Source: Lama guanicoe (taxonomy: Eukaryota). Taken from it: 64,000 nt of DNA. The DNA lies in assembly GCA_013239625.1 (NCBI GenBank), contig MU053934.1, positions 3,862,399 through 3,926,398 of the forward strand, in the 5' to 3' direction. The notes beneath the pieces are model-generated. The model saw only the letters and a list, made by a program, of their open reading frames with translations, did no database searches and was not told the DNA's origin. A program made the position numbers and the translations under genes. How positions within the stretch are numbered: the stretch's first letter is position 1; each line of letters opens with the position of its first letter. Positions 1-13,782 of the stretch are shown here, piece by piece.

Positions 1-1339
1 TAACTCCTAAAATTGGGGGAGAGGATTCAGGGCAATCAGACAGGCACACCACAGCCAAAAACTGGGGGGTACTTCCTGGGCAGGTAGTGAACCCATAAAT
101 CAGTCCATTTCTTTAGCTTTAAAAATGGAGCTGATCATTTGTGCACCACCATTTCCTCTCACTAGGGAGGACTATTGTGAGAAGGAAAAGTTGAGTTTAT
201 AAAGATATTAAAATGTGACAAAAGTACAGATAAATGTTGGAGTGATTGGTTTACTTAGCAGTGGGAGAAAAGAGCTGGAGAAATATATATGATGCAAACC
301 GGTCTTAGGCACTTGGCTCAGTGCCTGGCTCAGAAGAAGCATTTCATAAATGTAATAGGAAAAGGACAGTCAGAAGTAATACGCAGTAATAAGACCAGTA
401 AGGGGCATGTGATGGGTGGAAGCGATGGGACTAGATAACCTGCTGATGGAGGCTGCCCTGCAGAGGGGGACGGGGTAGGCTCACAAGTGCAGGGACAGGA
501 GTTGATGGCGGCCTGGAAATCAAATCTCAGGGCAGGAAAGGCCACCAGAGAATACCCAACAGGGGAACCTTAAAGCCAGCCCAGGTCTCCTCTGGCGAGG
601 CCCAGCTCCTAGCTGTTTTACAAAGCAGAATGTGCTGCAGAGTCAACTTTCATTTGAAGGACGTTTACTGTGGTTAGAGATTGTTGAGAAACCACTGACC
701 TAATCCTATGCTCTCACTCTGCAATTGGGGAAACTGAGGCCTGGACTGAGGAATGCCCCACTCTGGGATCAGCCAGAGGTGTGATCTGAGCTGCACATCC
801 TAACTTGGCTCAAGCCTGCTTACTGAACAGCTACTAGTGGGCAGGGCACCTAAAGTGGGCCAGGCTCCCGCAGGGACCTGCTTGGGTGCTGTGTGGTGTT
901 TTGGACCCTCGGGCAAGTGAACAGGGACCAGCTGGGCCGGTTAGAGGTCTGTTGGACTGTGCTGGCAGAGGGTGGCTCCCTCCCTAGAAACTGACAACAA
1001 GGCCCCTCCCTGTTGATGGGAGGTGGGTTCTCTGGGCAGGGTGACATCACCACTGGCTTTGTGTCACTCACCTGTGGAGGAAGCAGGTTTCTCAGAGGGA
1101 GTGTGCCAGGGGCCCCCAAATTTATTGATCTTTTATTCCATATAAGGCACTGTGCCAAATGCTTCTAAGTGTGAACCCAATAAATTGTTTTACAATCCAT
1201 GAAGCAGGCACGATTAATAAACCCAGTTTACAAAGGAGACTGAGATGGGAGAGTTTAAGTCACTCAGCTGGTCAGGGGTGAAGCTGAGATTTGAGTCTAC
1301 AGGCTAACTTGAAAGCCTTTACTTTAACCAAACAAACAA

Positions 1340-2330
1340 AACCCTACTTCTTTACTAAAACAAAAATTGCAGGAATGATAGAGAATTTCTATATGCTCTT
1401 CACTCAGATTCCCTAATTGTCAATATTTTATCACACTTTGTAATTCCCTCTCTCCTGATCTTGTTTTGAACCATTTGAGAGTAAACTGCAGACAGATGCC
1501 CCTTACCTCTAAGCACTTCAGTGTGTGTTGCCTAAAAAGCAGGGACATTCTCATGACCACAGGACAATGATCAAAATCAAGAAATTAACAGTGATACGAT
1601 ACATTATCTAGTCTACAGACCTTGTTCAGATTTTACCTTCACGGCAAAAGAGAACTCTGGATCACACATTGTGTTCAGTCATCTCTTTCGGCTCCTTTAA
1701 TCTGAAACAGTGCTCCTTTCTTTATCTTTCATGATCCTGTCATTTTTTTTAAGCGTACAGTTCCAGTTGTTTTGTAGAATTTCTCTCAATTTAGGTTTGT
1801 CTTTTGTTTCTTCACAAAGAGATTCATTGTATCAGTTTATGGCAAGAACACCACAGAAGTGACGCTGTGTCCTTTTCCGCGCCAACACGTGTCAATTTAT
1901 CCCGTTCCTGGTGATGTAACTTTGGTCACTTAGTGAAGGTGGTATCTGCCAGGTTTCCTCACAGTAGAGTTATTATCTTTCTATTGGTAATTAATAATTG
2001 TCCATAGAGCAATACTTTGAAGCCATGTAATATCTCGTTTCTCACCAAATTTTCCTAAACATTGATGATTCTTGTTGGAATCTATTATTACTATGGTGGT
2101 CCTAATGGTCATTTTCTAATTCTATCATTCTTTCTACTTGAGGGAGGAACTTTCTCTTCTCCTTTCTTATTTATTCATATTAATATGGATCCATGGCTTC
2201 TTCTTTTACTCTATAGGCTATAAGCCATGATTACTGCTATTTCTTCTGATGCTCAGATTGTCCATATTTGGCCATTAGGAACCCCTTCAAGCCAGAGAGC
2301 TCCCACTTTTAAATATGATATTGCACCATG
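1340..2330 (-). mobile_element. Old L1 3' fragment (L1MC-like)
   Basis: T-rich reverse-strand L1 3'UTR motifs (cactcagattccctaattgtcaatatttta, ggtgatgtaactttggtcacttagtgaaggtggtatctgccagg). Confidence 0.65.
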
Positions 2331-3239
2331 TCCCTTGACCTTGGCCAGGAAGGGAGCGATATCCCTGGGGAGCAGTCCCTGCTGGGTGGATACTGATGCA
2401 CTGAGCCCCTAAAGCAGGCAGGAGGGAGATGGGAGAGAGCATGGTGTCCAGGGGGTGTTGTGAAGATCCCCAGGGGATTTGTTCACTAGTTGAGCATCTA
2501 CTGTGGCTTTGGAAAAGCTCATAGAAAATGAAAGATAGAGAAAACAATCACAGTTGTGCAGTGTCTAAAACTGCGCGTCTTTGTACCCCAAGAGGTAACA
2601 TGAGTGGCTCTCTTCAATATGTAAATGGAAAGCAAGGGACAATTTTTTGAGGAGAACTATTTGAGTGCCAGACAAAGCTGCTATAACATTTGATTACTTG
2701 GGAAGCTAGTGCGACAATTTGCATGTGAAACCCAAGACTTTTGGGATGTAAGTGATGTCACAATCTCAGGTGACCCAAGGCCCAGAGGCAAGGAGGTGTA
2801 ACAAGGGGTCTGAAATGAAATTATACTACATCAAGGGCAGGGGGAGCCTTACGGGTGACCAGGGCTCCACACAAAGACTCTGGTTGGGGAGGTCCTATGC
2901 CATACTCAGTAAAACAAGGTAGGTCCTGTGATGTCAGTTTCACAGAAGAGATGGCTCTTGGAGTGACAGCAGGCATTTCAGACAATGGAAACACCATGAG
3001 CAAAGAGAAGAATGAACTGAGACAGCCTTCCATTTTGCTCTCAAAGCCACCTCTTTTGAGTGGAGCTCCAGGTCCTGAATATATCCCTTACATTTATGCT
3101 GGGCCTCACTGAGGTGGGCATAGCCCCAAATGTCTGGATCAGGAATTAGTCAGGCCTAGATTCAAATTCCAGTTCTTGTACTTCCTGTCTGGGTAACTTT
3201 GGAAAGTCACTTTACCTCTCTGAGCCTCCACTCTTCTAT

Positions 3240-4260
3240 TTCCCCAACATATATTTATTGAGGGCTTACTATGTGTCAAGCACTGTTCTAGGCACAGGAC
3301 ATGGAGTGGTCAACAAGATAGACAAGGTTCTACCTTCATGAAACTTACATTGGTTTGGAGAAGGACACTGAATAGTAAGCAAATACATAAGCAAGATAAT
3401 ACCCTTTGGAGATATTAAAGTAATATAAAAACACATTTCAGAGGTGGGGGTGCCTTTAGCCAGGACTGTTAGGAAAGGCCTCTCTGAGGCCATGACATCT
3501 GAGCTGACCTGAAGGATGACAGGGAAAAGAAGTAGAAATAGCAAGTGCAAAGGACCTGTGGCAGGAATGAGCTTGATGTGTTTGAGGAACAGTAAGGGCA
3601 GTGTGGCTGAAGAGTAGTAGTGAGGGAAGAGTGACAGGAGGTGAGGCTGCAGAGCTGGGTAGAGGCCAGATGGCTTAGGCCCTGTAGGCCACAGGGAGGA
3701 GTATAGTTTATATTCTAAATGCAAAGGGAAACTTTTGAGGGTGTTAAGCCACAGGGTGGGATAGCCTGAAACAATCTGATCCTTGTTTTGAGAAGTACAT
3801 TTTCTGGTATGTGAAGAAAGCCTTTAGGGGCAAAGTGAGGAAGATATCAAGAGGCTGCAGCCTTTGTCCAGGTAAGTTGATGGTCCTTGGACAAGGTGGT
3901 AAGACCAGGGGTGACAGAAGGGGTCAAATGCAGGGTAGTGTTGGAGGTAGAATCAACCTGACTCATGAGGTGAGGAGGAAGGAGAAAGGGATGGAGCAAG
4001 GCTCCTAGGTCTGGGCTTGAACAGCTGACATGGGGGAGTCTGGGGATGTGGGTTGCTGATGTAGGGTTGACGCTCTGTAGTTAGGTTGTGGCCCTGCAGG
4101 TGTGTGGTCCCCATCTGGTACCCACGTGGAGGCACTGAGGCGGGCAGTTACATAGTCTGGAACCCAGAGAAGCTGTTTGCTCTGGAAATAAAAATTTGGG
4201 GCTCCGGAGCATAGAGATAGCATTTAAAACCACGAGACTAGATGAGATCATCAAGGCACA
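3240..4260 (-). mobile_element. L2 LINE fragment
   Basis: Starts with the reverse complement of the L2 3' end (tatttattgagggcttactatgtgtcaagcactg), followed by a purine-rich L2 body. Confidence 0.7.
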
Positions 4261-4549
4261 GGGTGTAGGTCGAAAGGAGAAGACGCCCAGGACTGTAAAA
4301 TGAGACAAATGAAACCTTCACCCGAGCGACTCTGGTGCGGTGTCACGTGAATGCCCGCAGCCAGCGCTCCAACTGGGATTGAAAGTCCAGGGGAGGGGCC
4401 TGGTGTGGGCGGGGCCTGTCCGGGGCGGAGCCGTCCGGGGGCGGGGCTGAGGAGTCGGGAGGCCGCTCCGAGGCCTGGGGGGAGCGGCCGAGGCGATGAC
4501 GTCACCGCATGACTGGGTTTTTATGAATGAAAGGAATCCTGTGAGTGAG

Positions 4550-4765
4550 TAATTCCGGGAAGCTCGCCTTACAACTCGGCGCGGCCCCCTGCGCTACCCG
4601 CCCCACAACAAAACTCGGCGCGGCGCTCCCCAGAGCCCGGCTCCGAGCGACCCGCGGTCGGAACCGGAGGGGAAGACGGACGAAGGCGCCGGCCGCGACA
4701 GCAGCGGGGACAGCAGCGGGACCCGCGCGTGCCAGGGACGCCAGGCGAAGCAGGCCGAGAGGCGG
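4550..4765 (+). other. MAFF: MAFF non-coding first exon (5' boundary approximate)
   Basis: Lies in the CpG island just downstream of the CRE and AT-rich element. Ends at donor GCGG|GTGAGG (GT at 4766-4767). The TSS cannot be determined from sequence. Confidence 0.6.
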
Positions 4766-5189
4766 GTGAGGGTCGTGGGGCCCGGAACAGGACGGGCGCG
4801 CGGGGCCCGGAGGCGACAGGGTCTCCGCGCCCCGGGAGCCTGCCTGGGGCGGGACGCCAGGGCGCGCTCCTTCGATGCTACCATAGCTCTCTCGCCCTGA
4901 CCGCTGGAGCAGGGTGGGGGTCGGGGCTGGGGGTGGTGCAGAGGTCCGGCGGGACCGAGACGCGGTCGAAGCAAGCTTGTCGGGCTTTGGGGATGATGGG
5001 CCCCTTTTGGAGGCGCGGGCCGGGAGGCGGCGAAGCCGGCAGGAAAGGGTAGCGCGGGCTGGCGAGCTTCAGCGTCCGCCCAGGCGGGGCTGGGGGCGGT
5101 GTGTACATGTACGTGACTCGGTGAGAACAGTCCCTGGATGGGTGCCCGCGGGCTGTGCGTGCGCGGTTTGTTTACGTCCGAGGGCGTGC

Positions 5190-5192
<3 letters not shown>

Positions 5193-5220
<28 letters not shown>
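5193..5220. repeat. (GT)n microsatellite in MAFF intron 1
   Basis: Visible dinucleotide run. Confidence 0.9.
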
Positions 5221-5221
<1 letters not shown>

Positions 5222-8200
5222 TCCCTGGCTAGCGTCCTGGGTATCCTGACCGCTGCATGTGTGCGCAGTGTACCTTGAAGTGTGCGTCCGCGCGCGCTCC
5301 CAGGCGGGTGAAGACCCTGGGGCCTGTGTTCCAGCCGAGCGTACCTCTAAGAGAGCGTGCCCACAGGAATAAACACGGAATAGGGACGGAGCGAGGGAAC
5401 CGGCCCAGTCCGTAGTCAAAAGGGGTCTAGGAATTCTGGACCGGACTGTCCCCTTCCTACCAACCCGCGGCGGCCGAGCCTTTGCTCTCCCCGGAGTTTC
5501 CCAGGACCGTGGCCATGTGACCGCGGTGTTGTCCCCCGCCCAGAGCCGGCGCCTTCAGCCACAGGGTGGGGCAAAATATCAAAGATCCCACCGGGCTCGA
5601 CTGGGGGACGAGGTTAGGGGCCACCCCGGGCCCCAGCAACCCTGGTGGGTCTGGCAACAAAGTGGGCTGGTGCCCAGGTCCTTGTCCCCAGGTTTTCCGG
5701 CTCCCGGAGGATTGCAGATCCTGCCCTCTGGACGCTCCTTCACCGCCAGGGTTGCCCAACCCCTCAGTCTCAGGAGAACAGGAAGGGCCAGAAAAACCCA
5801 CGGCAAAGGTCGGAGGTAGGAAGGGATACCAGGCTTCCTTCCTCTCTTCGGTGGCTACTCCTCTGGCTGGTCTGGGTTCTAGGGGTTGTACCTGCTGGGT
5901 CTGGGAGGGTGAGAACCGAAGGCTGGGGTGGAGCTGGTTTCTGCCCGGCTGGTGGTTTCAGTTCACAGATGGGACTAGTCAGACAGACCTACTCATGGCT
6001 GGACCTGAGGAACTAGTTGAAGGCCTGGACCAGCGATGGTCAACGGGCAAAGGGACAGCTGTTCTTGGTGTAAGAAGAGCTAATGTAAGAGGGGTGGGGC
6101 CCAGACCTCGACCCGCCCCCTCTGAGGGATGGGCTAGGGTCTAGGGATTCTTAGGTCCTATTCTGCCCTCCCTGTCTTCCCACCCACAGGGCTATACAGT
6201 CATTGAGGGGTAGGGGTAATTGAGCTCGCTGGGGTGGGGAACCAGGTGATCTTTTAACTTTGACTCTTTGAGCCCTGGTGAGCTCTCCTACCACGGCTGG
6301 GAAACTCCATGTCCCCATCTGCAGTATTCCCATCTGCGGCAGGAATCAGGCAACATCCAAGCTGGGGGTGGATTGGGGGGCATATGGCAGCCTCCACAAA
6401 CAGCCTATTTTCGACGGGAACTCTGGGAAAGAAAATAGAGCCAGAAGCCCCAGGCTAGGCCAGAGAGGTCCAGGAATATGTGAGGTTCAGGTAAAGGAGG
6501 TGGCCGCCAGAAGCAAGGAATCATGCAGGCCCATCCTCAAAGCTGGGAAGGAAACATCCCTGAGGAGGGCTAGGGATCAGGGGACAAGAAGAAGCAGCTG
6601 GTTGACTCAGTCATAGATGGGAAGGCTAGTACTTAAAGGTTTAACCTCCCACTGAATCATCATCCCTGGGCCTTCAGTAGGACTCCCTTGGCCCCCATGC
6701 CTCCCTCAGTCCTGATGCTTTTAGCCTTCATTGCCATGGAGCCTGTCGAGGACTAGATACTTGGGATACGATGGTGAGCAAATCAGACCCAGAGCCTCCC
6801 ATCTGGGAGCTTACAGTCGAGGAGGAGAGACAATGGTAAAGGGGGAGCCACTAAACTAAAGGCAAAAACCACAACTGAGATGGGAGGCATGAGGGGGAAG
6901 TCACTGTGGTTTGAAAGATTATAACAGAGCTCCAACTTAGCCAGAGCAATCAAGGAAGGCTTCCCCGAGGAGACCAGTGAGCCAGGTTGTAAGATCAAGC
7001 CATGATGGTCTGTGTAGCCCCTGAGGGCAGGGGCTTTGATTCAATTTGGGGCCTTCAGGGCCCAGCATCCAGCCTGGCATCTACAGAGTAGGTGCTTCTT
7101 GGATGCTTGCTGATTGAATGAATGAGTGAGCACTGGGTCAGTGTCCTGGTAGACCTCCACAACACCTGGAGAAAAAGGCCTGGGAGCCCTGGGAGGCAAG
7201 AAGCCTGGGCACGGGCTATAGGAGTCTTAAAGCAGTCTCCAAAAGTGTGTAGATCCTTCAGGGCCCAGGTGACATCTTCCTTCACACACACACACACATA
7301 CACCCCTCGTGTGTCCCTTTGGGAAATGTGCAGGGACGCTAGAGTTTACTGTCTACTCATTCATTTGTTGTCAGCATGAGGATCCTAGGAGAGATTGGGA
7401 GAGAACAGGCCCCACCATATGGGGTGGCGGGGAGGCTGGGTTTTGAAATGGGCCAAACGTGGTCAGGTTTGTCAGTTCTTGTCAGTCATGATGCTTCTGA
7501 CAGCTCTTGGGGGAGGATAGATGGTGGAGGTAGGCAAGACTGCCCAGTGAGGAGGTGGCTTTGCCCATGGTTCAGCTGAAAGAAGTGGTCCCTGGCTAAG
7601 CAGGTGGAGTAGAGGGATGGTCAAGGCTGATAGTCTCTGAGTTTGTGTTCTCATGCCCCTGGCCCCAGGAAGCCTTCTTTGATTTCTTTTCCCTTCCTCC
7701 AGGGCCTCTACTCTGCTGGTGGTCTTGGAGCTCCAATCCACGTTGGAATGTGACACTCTAAACTCTGAGATTGTCAGTGCTAGGAGGTATTTTAGGCTTG
7801 CTGGTTTGGTGTATTGGGAACCTGAGGCTCAGGGAGAGGGAGTGGTATACGTGAAGACACACAGCAAGTGTGAGCAGGTGGTAGAACCAGAGCTGGATCC
7901 CTCAGGCTCCTACTTCCCCACAGTGCTGGGTTCTCCCAGCTTTGCTTCCCTTCGAGCAGGGAGGAGGCTACACCAGTGCTGGCTGCCAAGGCCCAGGAAA
8001 ACACATTTTTTCCCTCTGTCCTCACAGAGGAAGCAGAATGGCTCAGCAGCCAGAGAGGAGCCCATGCCAGTGGGTGGGCCGTCTACAGGATGTCTCTGTA
8101 GAGGACTAGGGGGTCAGGGATGTGGCTGCTGACTGGGCAAGGCAGCTGTCAATCCCCCGAGAGTAAGTTCATTCTCCATGCCTCCCAAGGAATTTTAGGA

Positions 8201-11119
8201 ACCTACTGACCCTGGAGGTCAGTTCTGCTGGCCTCAAAGAGAAGGGAAGAAGCACGGGTTGGGGGTTGGGGGTCGGGGCCGTCTGGTGGCTGGCATTGAA
8301 GAAAGAGCCCTGGGCAGGGGTCAGGACTCCTGGATTCCAGCTTGCTTGCTTCAGTTACAGAACAAGGAGGTTGGATCAGCTGATGTCTCAGGTCCAAGGT
8401 CTACCAGACTGGCCAAGGCCCCGTGCCCCTTGGCTGACCAGCCCCTGGCCTGAAGTTGGAGGCCGAGAGCCTGAGGCTATTGGAAAGTTCCCCCTTCTTG
8501 TGACTTTCCCTCTGTGATTGCCTGACTTTGCTGAGCTAGGACAGTCCCGGGCAAACGTGGGCGCCTCAGCTGACATCCAGTGTGCCCTTGAGGGGGCTGA
8601 GGAGAGAACAGGAAGAGAAGGAGGGAAGGAGGGAAAAATAGGTTCAAAGCCTCCCTAGGGCCCCAACGTACTTAGAACCACAGCCAGTGGAGCGGGCGGG
8701 ACCCTCAGCCATTATATAGAATGGCCAACATTATATAGATGGCCAACAGTTTCCTCTTGCGCCTACTCTGGAAGACTGTTGAAAGGATTCCAAGGTTGTG
8801 TCCAAGCTCAGTGGGAAAAGTGCTGTGATCGAGATTACTGATGCCTGCGTGAGCATGGAAGGAGGGGTGACGGTGAGATAAACCAACCACATGCCCCTTC
8901 TGATCTTGTCTAAGCCCCTTGTATTTTACATAGCTATGATTGTCCCCATTTTGTTTTTTTGAGGAAACCAAGGTCCTGGGAGGAAAAATGACTTGTGTGA
9001 GGGGGCAGGCCTCCAAGGTTCTGCATCAGCCACAGCACCCAGTGCTCAGCACCCAACAGGCTCAGTCAGTCTACGTAAGGAGAGGCTTCCCCTCTCCCAT
9101 CAGGTCTCTTTGTGTAGCCCAGACTGCCTGGGTGTCACCTAACATCCCAGATCTCTGGATAGGTGGCAAGGGGGCCTGAATCTCTGGATATTCATTTGCA
9201 TATCCCTGGCAGACCCAACATAAATGCTGGCACATCAGGGCTGGGCAGCCTTGGAGACTGGCAAGTCCAGCCTTCTCTTCACAGGGGTAGGGAAACAGGG
9301 CCAAGAGAGGGTACCCCATGAGGGCCACACTGAGAGGAGACATGTGGCTCAGTGTGGCCTCAGTTTTGGGCTCCACCCCCTGTTAGCTGTGTGACCTTGG
9401 ACTACCCTATTGACCTCTCTGGCCATTACCTCCCAGGGCCGACAAGAGAACCAGGGTGATGATGGTGTGAAAAGGATCAGGAGTCAGTCCTGGGGCCTTT
9501 ACAGGTGTTCAGAATTCCTCCTGATTTGGGGGGAGGCAGCCGTTCACCTGCTGTGTGACTTCAGGCAAGAGATGCCCCTCTCTGGTCTCCACTTCCCCTT
9601 GGGTAAAGAAAGGAAGCAGGAGCCAGTTGGTCTCTAAGGGCCTTTCTTGTGAGACCCTGGCCAGGCAGAAGATGCTGAGTCCAAGTGAAGTCCCAGGAAT
9701 TGCTACAGGCCTGACCCTTCATGGACAGACTCAGCAATTCTAATAACCTTCCAGACACTCACTGACCTCTCTGGTTTACCACTTGTTTCCACCAAAACCC
9801 TGTGAGTCAGATACTGTTCCCATCCTACAGATGGAGACCCAGAGAGGTAGAGTGACTTGCCCATGGTCACACAGCCTGGAGAAAACAGAGATGGGACTCA
9901 AACCCAGGCGGGACCCTTAATCCCATGCTCCTTTCCTTGTTTCCCACATCCCATCTGGGAGCCAGTCTTGAGGCTACAATCCTTTTGCTCCCTTCCCAGT
10001 CTCCTGGCGTCTGCATACCAGTCCCTGCCATGCAGAAGCAAGGAGGCAGATGGAAAGGAGGAAGAATTGGAGGCAGGGCCAGGAAGTTTTTCTCTTGACA
10101 GTATTCAGTGGGGCTTGAGCTTGGCACTCAGTTCAGACCCTGACAAGCTGGGTGGCGGACAGTGTCATAGATTCCACCCATCCACACCTCATCGGTGCCT
10201 GCTCCCTGCTAGGCCCTCAGCATCCAGAGCTGCCTCAGCCTGGTTCCTTCCTGTGGCGCTTCCTGTCTGGTGAGGAGACAAGGAAACAGACCATTACAAT
10301 GTAGGGGAGAACTCCTGGGGTGGGCAGGCCTAACAAGTCCCTGGAGTCAGGGAGGGCTTCCTGGAGGAAGAGGTGTCTATGCCCAGGGCAAAAGGTTGAC
10401 TAGTAGTAGGAATCTGCCAGATTAAAGTGGGGGTGGGGGAAGAAGTATCACAAGGTTTGGGATGGCTCAAAGGCAAGAAAGCGTGGGGTGAGAGGAAGTG
10501 AAAGAAATTCCTCGTGGCTGGAGTGCAGAATGGAGGTGGGCAGTGATGGGAAATGAGCCTGAGGGTGCCACACGAGTGGGCCATAACTTTGTCCCCAGAG
10601 TAATAGGGAGCCACGCAAGGTTTGCATCTGGGTGGTGACATGGTCAGATTCACGCGGTGGAAAGAGCGTCCAGCTGCTGAGTGGAGCATGCGCTAAGGCC
10701 GGCAGGGAGGTGTACTGGGACCTCTGAGGTGTGTGTATGTGTGTTGGGGGAAGGTGGCCATTTAAGAGGCCTGTCCTGAAGGGTAGGATTGGTTGGGGTG
10801 GTGTATGAGGGTCTCCAGGTAGTATCTGTGAAAGGTTAGGGTCCTGACTTGGGACTATTGGGGCCTCAGTTTCCCCCAGTTACACAAGAAGCTTGAGGGG
10901 CTCTGAGGACCCTCTCAGTCCAAGGGCCAGGGGGCTGCCCTCTGTCAGGGGATCTCTTGAAGTGCCAGCTTCCCTTTCCTGCCCCACTTCTTGCTTCCCT
11001 CTGGGGTGACAGATGCACTGGCTCTGTGGGCCGGGAGGAGCTGGGGTGGGGGGCGGTTCCTGAGAGGCCCTGGGCTGTTCCCATGTTGGCCTGAGTCACA
11101 CTGAGAAGTCAATTACCAT

Positions 11120-11690
11120 TACTTGAGCATCTGCTATGTGCCAGGCACTGCTCTAAGCACTGGGGATACAGCAACAGACAAGAGCTCCTCTGTTGTGAGC
11201 TGACATTCTAATGGGGGGATAGATAATGAACAAATACATAAAATATATGTGAGTAATAACAGTTCTATACAGTGAGAGATGCTAGAGAGACATGAGGTAG
11301 GGAAGGGAGACAGGGAGTGCGTGTGTATGTGTGTGTGTGTGTGTATCAGGGCTGGGAATTCTAAAATGAATGAGAACATGAGATTTGAAGAGAGACTTGA
11401 AGGAAGTGAGGAAGCAAGCTTGTGGCTATCTACGGGAAGAGAATACCAGGCAGAGGGAACAGCCAGTGCAAAGGTCCCAAGGAGCATGTGTGGTGTGTTT
11501 GAGGAACAGCAGGTGTAGCTGGAGCAGAGTGAGGGAGGGGAAGTGAAGCGGGAGCTGAAGTCAGAGGCATCTGCTGAGGCCACATCATGCAGTGCCTCGA
11601 GGGCCACTGTGATGATTTTGGCTTTAATCCGAGTGAGCTGGGAGCCAAGGGAGGGTCCTGAGGAAGAAGTAAATGATCTGACTTAATACA
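11120..11690 (-). mobile_element. L2 LINE fragment
   Basis: ttgagcatctgctatgtgccaggcactg...gcagagggaacagccagtgcaaaggtcc motifs. Confidence 0.7.
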
Positions 11691-12634
11691 CAGCTACTCT
11701 ATGTCACCCATGGGGAAACAGAGGCACAGAGAAGTTAACTGATTTGCCAAAATCCTACAGCTACCGACGGGGACAACCTCTGAAAGGCCCCAGTGGTTCT
11801 GGTGCCAAAGTCCATATACTTTCTATTTCTCTAGTGTCTCCGAGAGACTCTTGGGCCGGCAGGGATGGGTCAGACGCTGAGCTGAGGCTGAGAGGCCGGC
11901 CCCAGAGACAGCTGATGGAACCAGGGTGTGGACCCGGGTTTTACTCCCTCCTGCTCTCTATCAAACTGGGTATTGCTAATGAGAACTGGCAGGATGCTGA
12001 GTCTCAGATTACAAAGCGCTTTCCTGCCCTGTTCTCCTTTGCTCCTCACCACCACTGCCTCCCCTTAAGGATTATCAGATGAGGAAACTCAGGCTAAAAA
12101 TGAATGGAGGAGAAGAGCAGATCATCTGGGGACAGAGAGGACTGCTGTTTAAAGGGGGCTCAGGGAGACAGTCCCCTTCCCAGCCCAGAGCAATGACCAC
12201 TGGCCCCTAGAATGTGCCTTCCTTGTCTCCCCAGTGCCAAGCACATGTGTGGGTGCTCAATAAGTATCTGCTGAGTGAACATGGGGCTTTCAGGCCCATG
12301 GAGGAGGCATTGAGCGCCAATGTGCCCTTCATTGGCCTAGGTATGGCAGTCTTGTCTGCCAGGGCAGTGCTGAATTAGTGCTGGGCAGCCTCCATGTGCG
12401 GGAAGCTTTTCTAGAACACAGGTCTGGATGAGGGAGCCCTGGGCAGGGGGAGGGGAGGGGACTGGTTTATATTATATTTTAATGAGGTGCTGGTTGGACT
12501 TTGTGAACGAAGGCATTGACTAATACACATATTTGTGCATTTCTCTGAATGTAGGTTACACTTTAATGAAAACTTTAAAAAAATAAAATAAAATCCCCAT
12601 GTGGAAGAATGGATGGGGGAGAGGGGGATCCATT

Positions 12635-13110
12635 CATTTGGTGCATATTTTTACTTGTGAGCACCTACTATGTGCCAGACACTTATTCAGGCATACTGAT
12701 TCAGTGGTAGGACAGGCAAGTCCTTGCCCCTCATGGGCTTACATTTTGGTGGAGGAGGTGTGGGAGGAAGAGACAGACCACAAACAAGTCATCAAACACA
12801 AAATGATTGCAGAAGGTGACTTGTATGTGGGTTAGTAAATGGGGTTATGTGATATGGCACAAGGAGTGTTTTAGCCAGATAGTTCGAACTCTTTGAAGAC
12901 GTGGCATTGAGGAAAGACCTAAATGATGAAGAGTCACTATGGGAAGATAAAAGGGAAGAGAACAAGTAAGAGAGTAGTAAGTGCAAAGGTCCTGAGGCTG
13001 GAATTCAATGAGGCCACTGTGGCTGGACCACTGGGACAGAGGAAAGTGATAAGAGTTCTAAGACAGCATGGGGCTTGAATGCCAAGATAGTGAGTTTGGA
13101 TTTTAAGTGA
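12635..13110 (-). mobile_element. L2 LINE fragment
   Basis: gagcacctactatgtgccagacac...aagtgcaaaggtcctgaggctgg motifs, ending just upstream of the MAFF coding-exon acceptor. Confidence 0.6.
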
Positions 13111-13178
13111 AAAAAAATAAACTTACCTTGGTCTCTTCTCTTCCCTAGGTCTCAATCCAGAGGACACCTTCTGCAAAC

Positions 13179-13214
13179 ATGTCTGTGGATCCTTTATCCA
13201 GCAAAGCCCTGAAG
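13179..13214 (+). CDS. MAFF: MAFF first coding exon (exon spans 13149-13214), MSVDPLSSKALK
   Basis: Pyrimidine tract and AG at 13147-13148; ATG at 13179; phase-0 donor AAG|GTGAGA at 13215. The peptide matches the small-Maf MAFF N-terminus. Confidence 0.95.
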
Positions 13215-13782
13215 GTGAGAAGGCAGCCCTTACTATCTCCAGTCCTCTCCTCCCTCCCTGCCCAGGCTGACTCCCATCCCAATGTCCCCTTCAGTTTCTG
13301 GAATCTCCAAGAGTAGCTCAGCAGGCATCAGACACTCATGAAGCCAACAGAAGGGCTGGGAACCAGGAGGCCTGGGCTGGAGCCATAGGCTGTTTGCCCC
13401 AGGGCAGGGCACTTCCCTCTCTAGATCTGCTTCCCCACTGGGACAATGTCCACTTGGCTTAAAAGGTGCCTTCCTGGGTTTTTCTGGCAGAGTGCAGGCC
13501 CGGTAGCTGGGTTAGAATCTGGGCTGAGCTCTGGGGTGGCTCCTTTTGTGTTCAGATCAGGGTTTGGCCGGGTTTCCCCTTTCGGGATTTTTGCTCCCCT
13601 TCGGAGCCTTGGAGCAAGTCCAGCCACCACCTCAGTGTCGCTGGCGGTGAAGGGGGAGCACTAGTGATGGAAAGGAAGCCGTCCCCAGCACCTGCTGCAC
13701 ACCAGGTCCAGGGCTCAGGGCCCCAAGACCCGGGTGCGACCCTGGGCCTCAGTTTCCCCATGAGCCCAACCTGCTGCCGCAG

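Larger units (their letters stand above)
4320..5560. promoter_or_regulatory. MAFF: CpG island / MAFF promoter region
   Basis: Very GC- and CpG-dense. Contains TCACGTGA E-box (4343-4350), several GGGCGG GC boxes (~4407-4447), palindromic CRE TGACGTCA (4497-4504) and STAT/GAS TTCCGGGAA (4553-4561). Confidence 0.85.

Noticed and set aside
5566..6144. 192-aa ORF and possible alternative MAFF first exon (donor at 5816)
   Set aside because: No homology recognised, and a donor-like motif alone is insufficient without transcript data.
9660..12010. MARE/ARE autoregulatory sites (TGCTGAGTC half-sites)
   Set aside because: Only partial matches; no full TGCTGA(C/G)TCAGCA was seen, and such partial matches are expected by chance.
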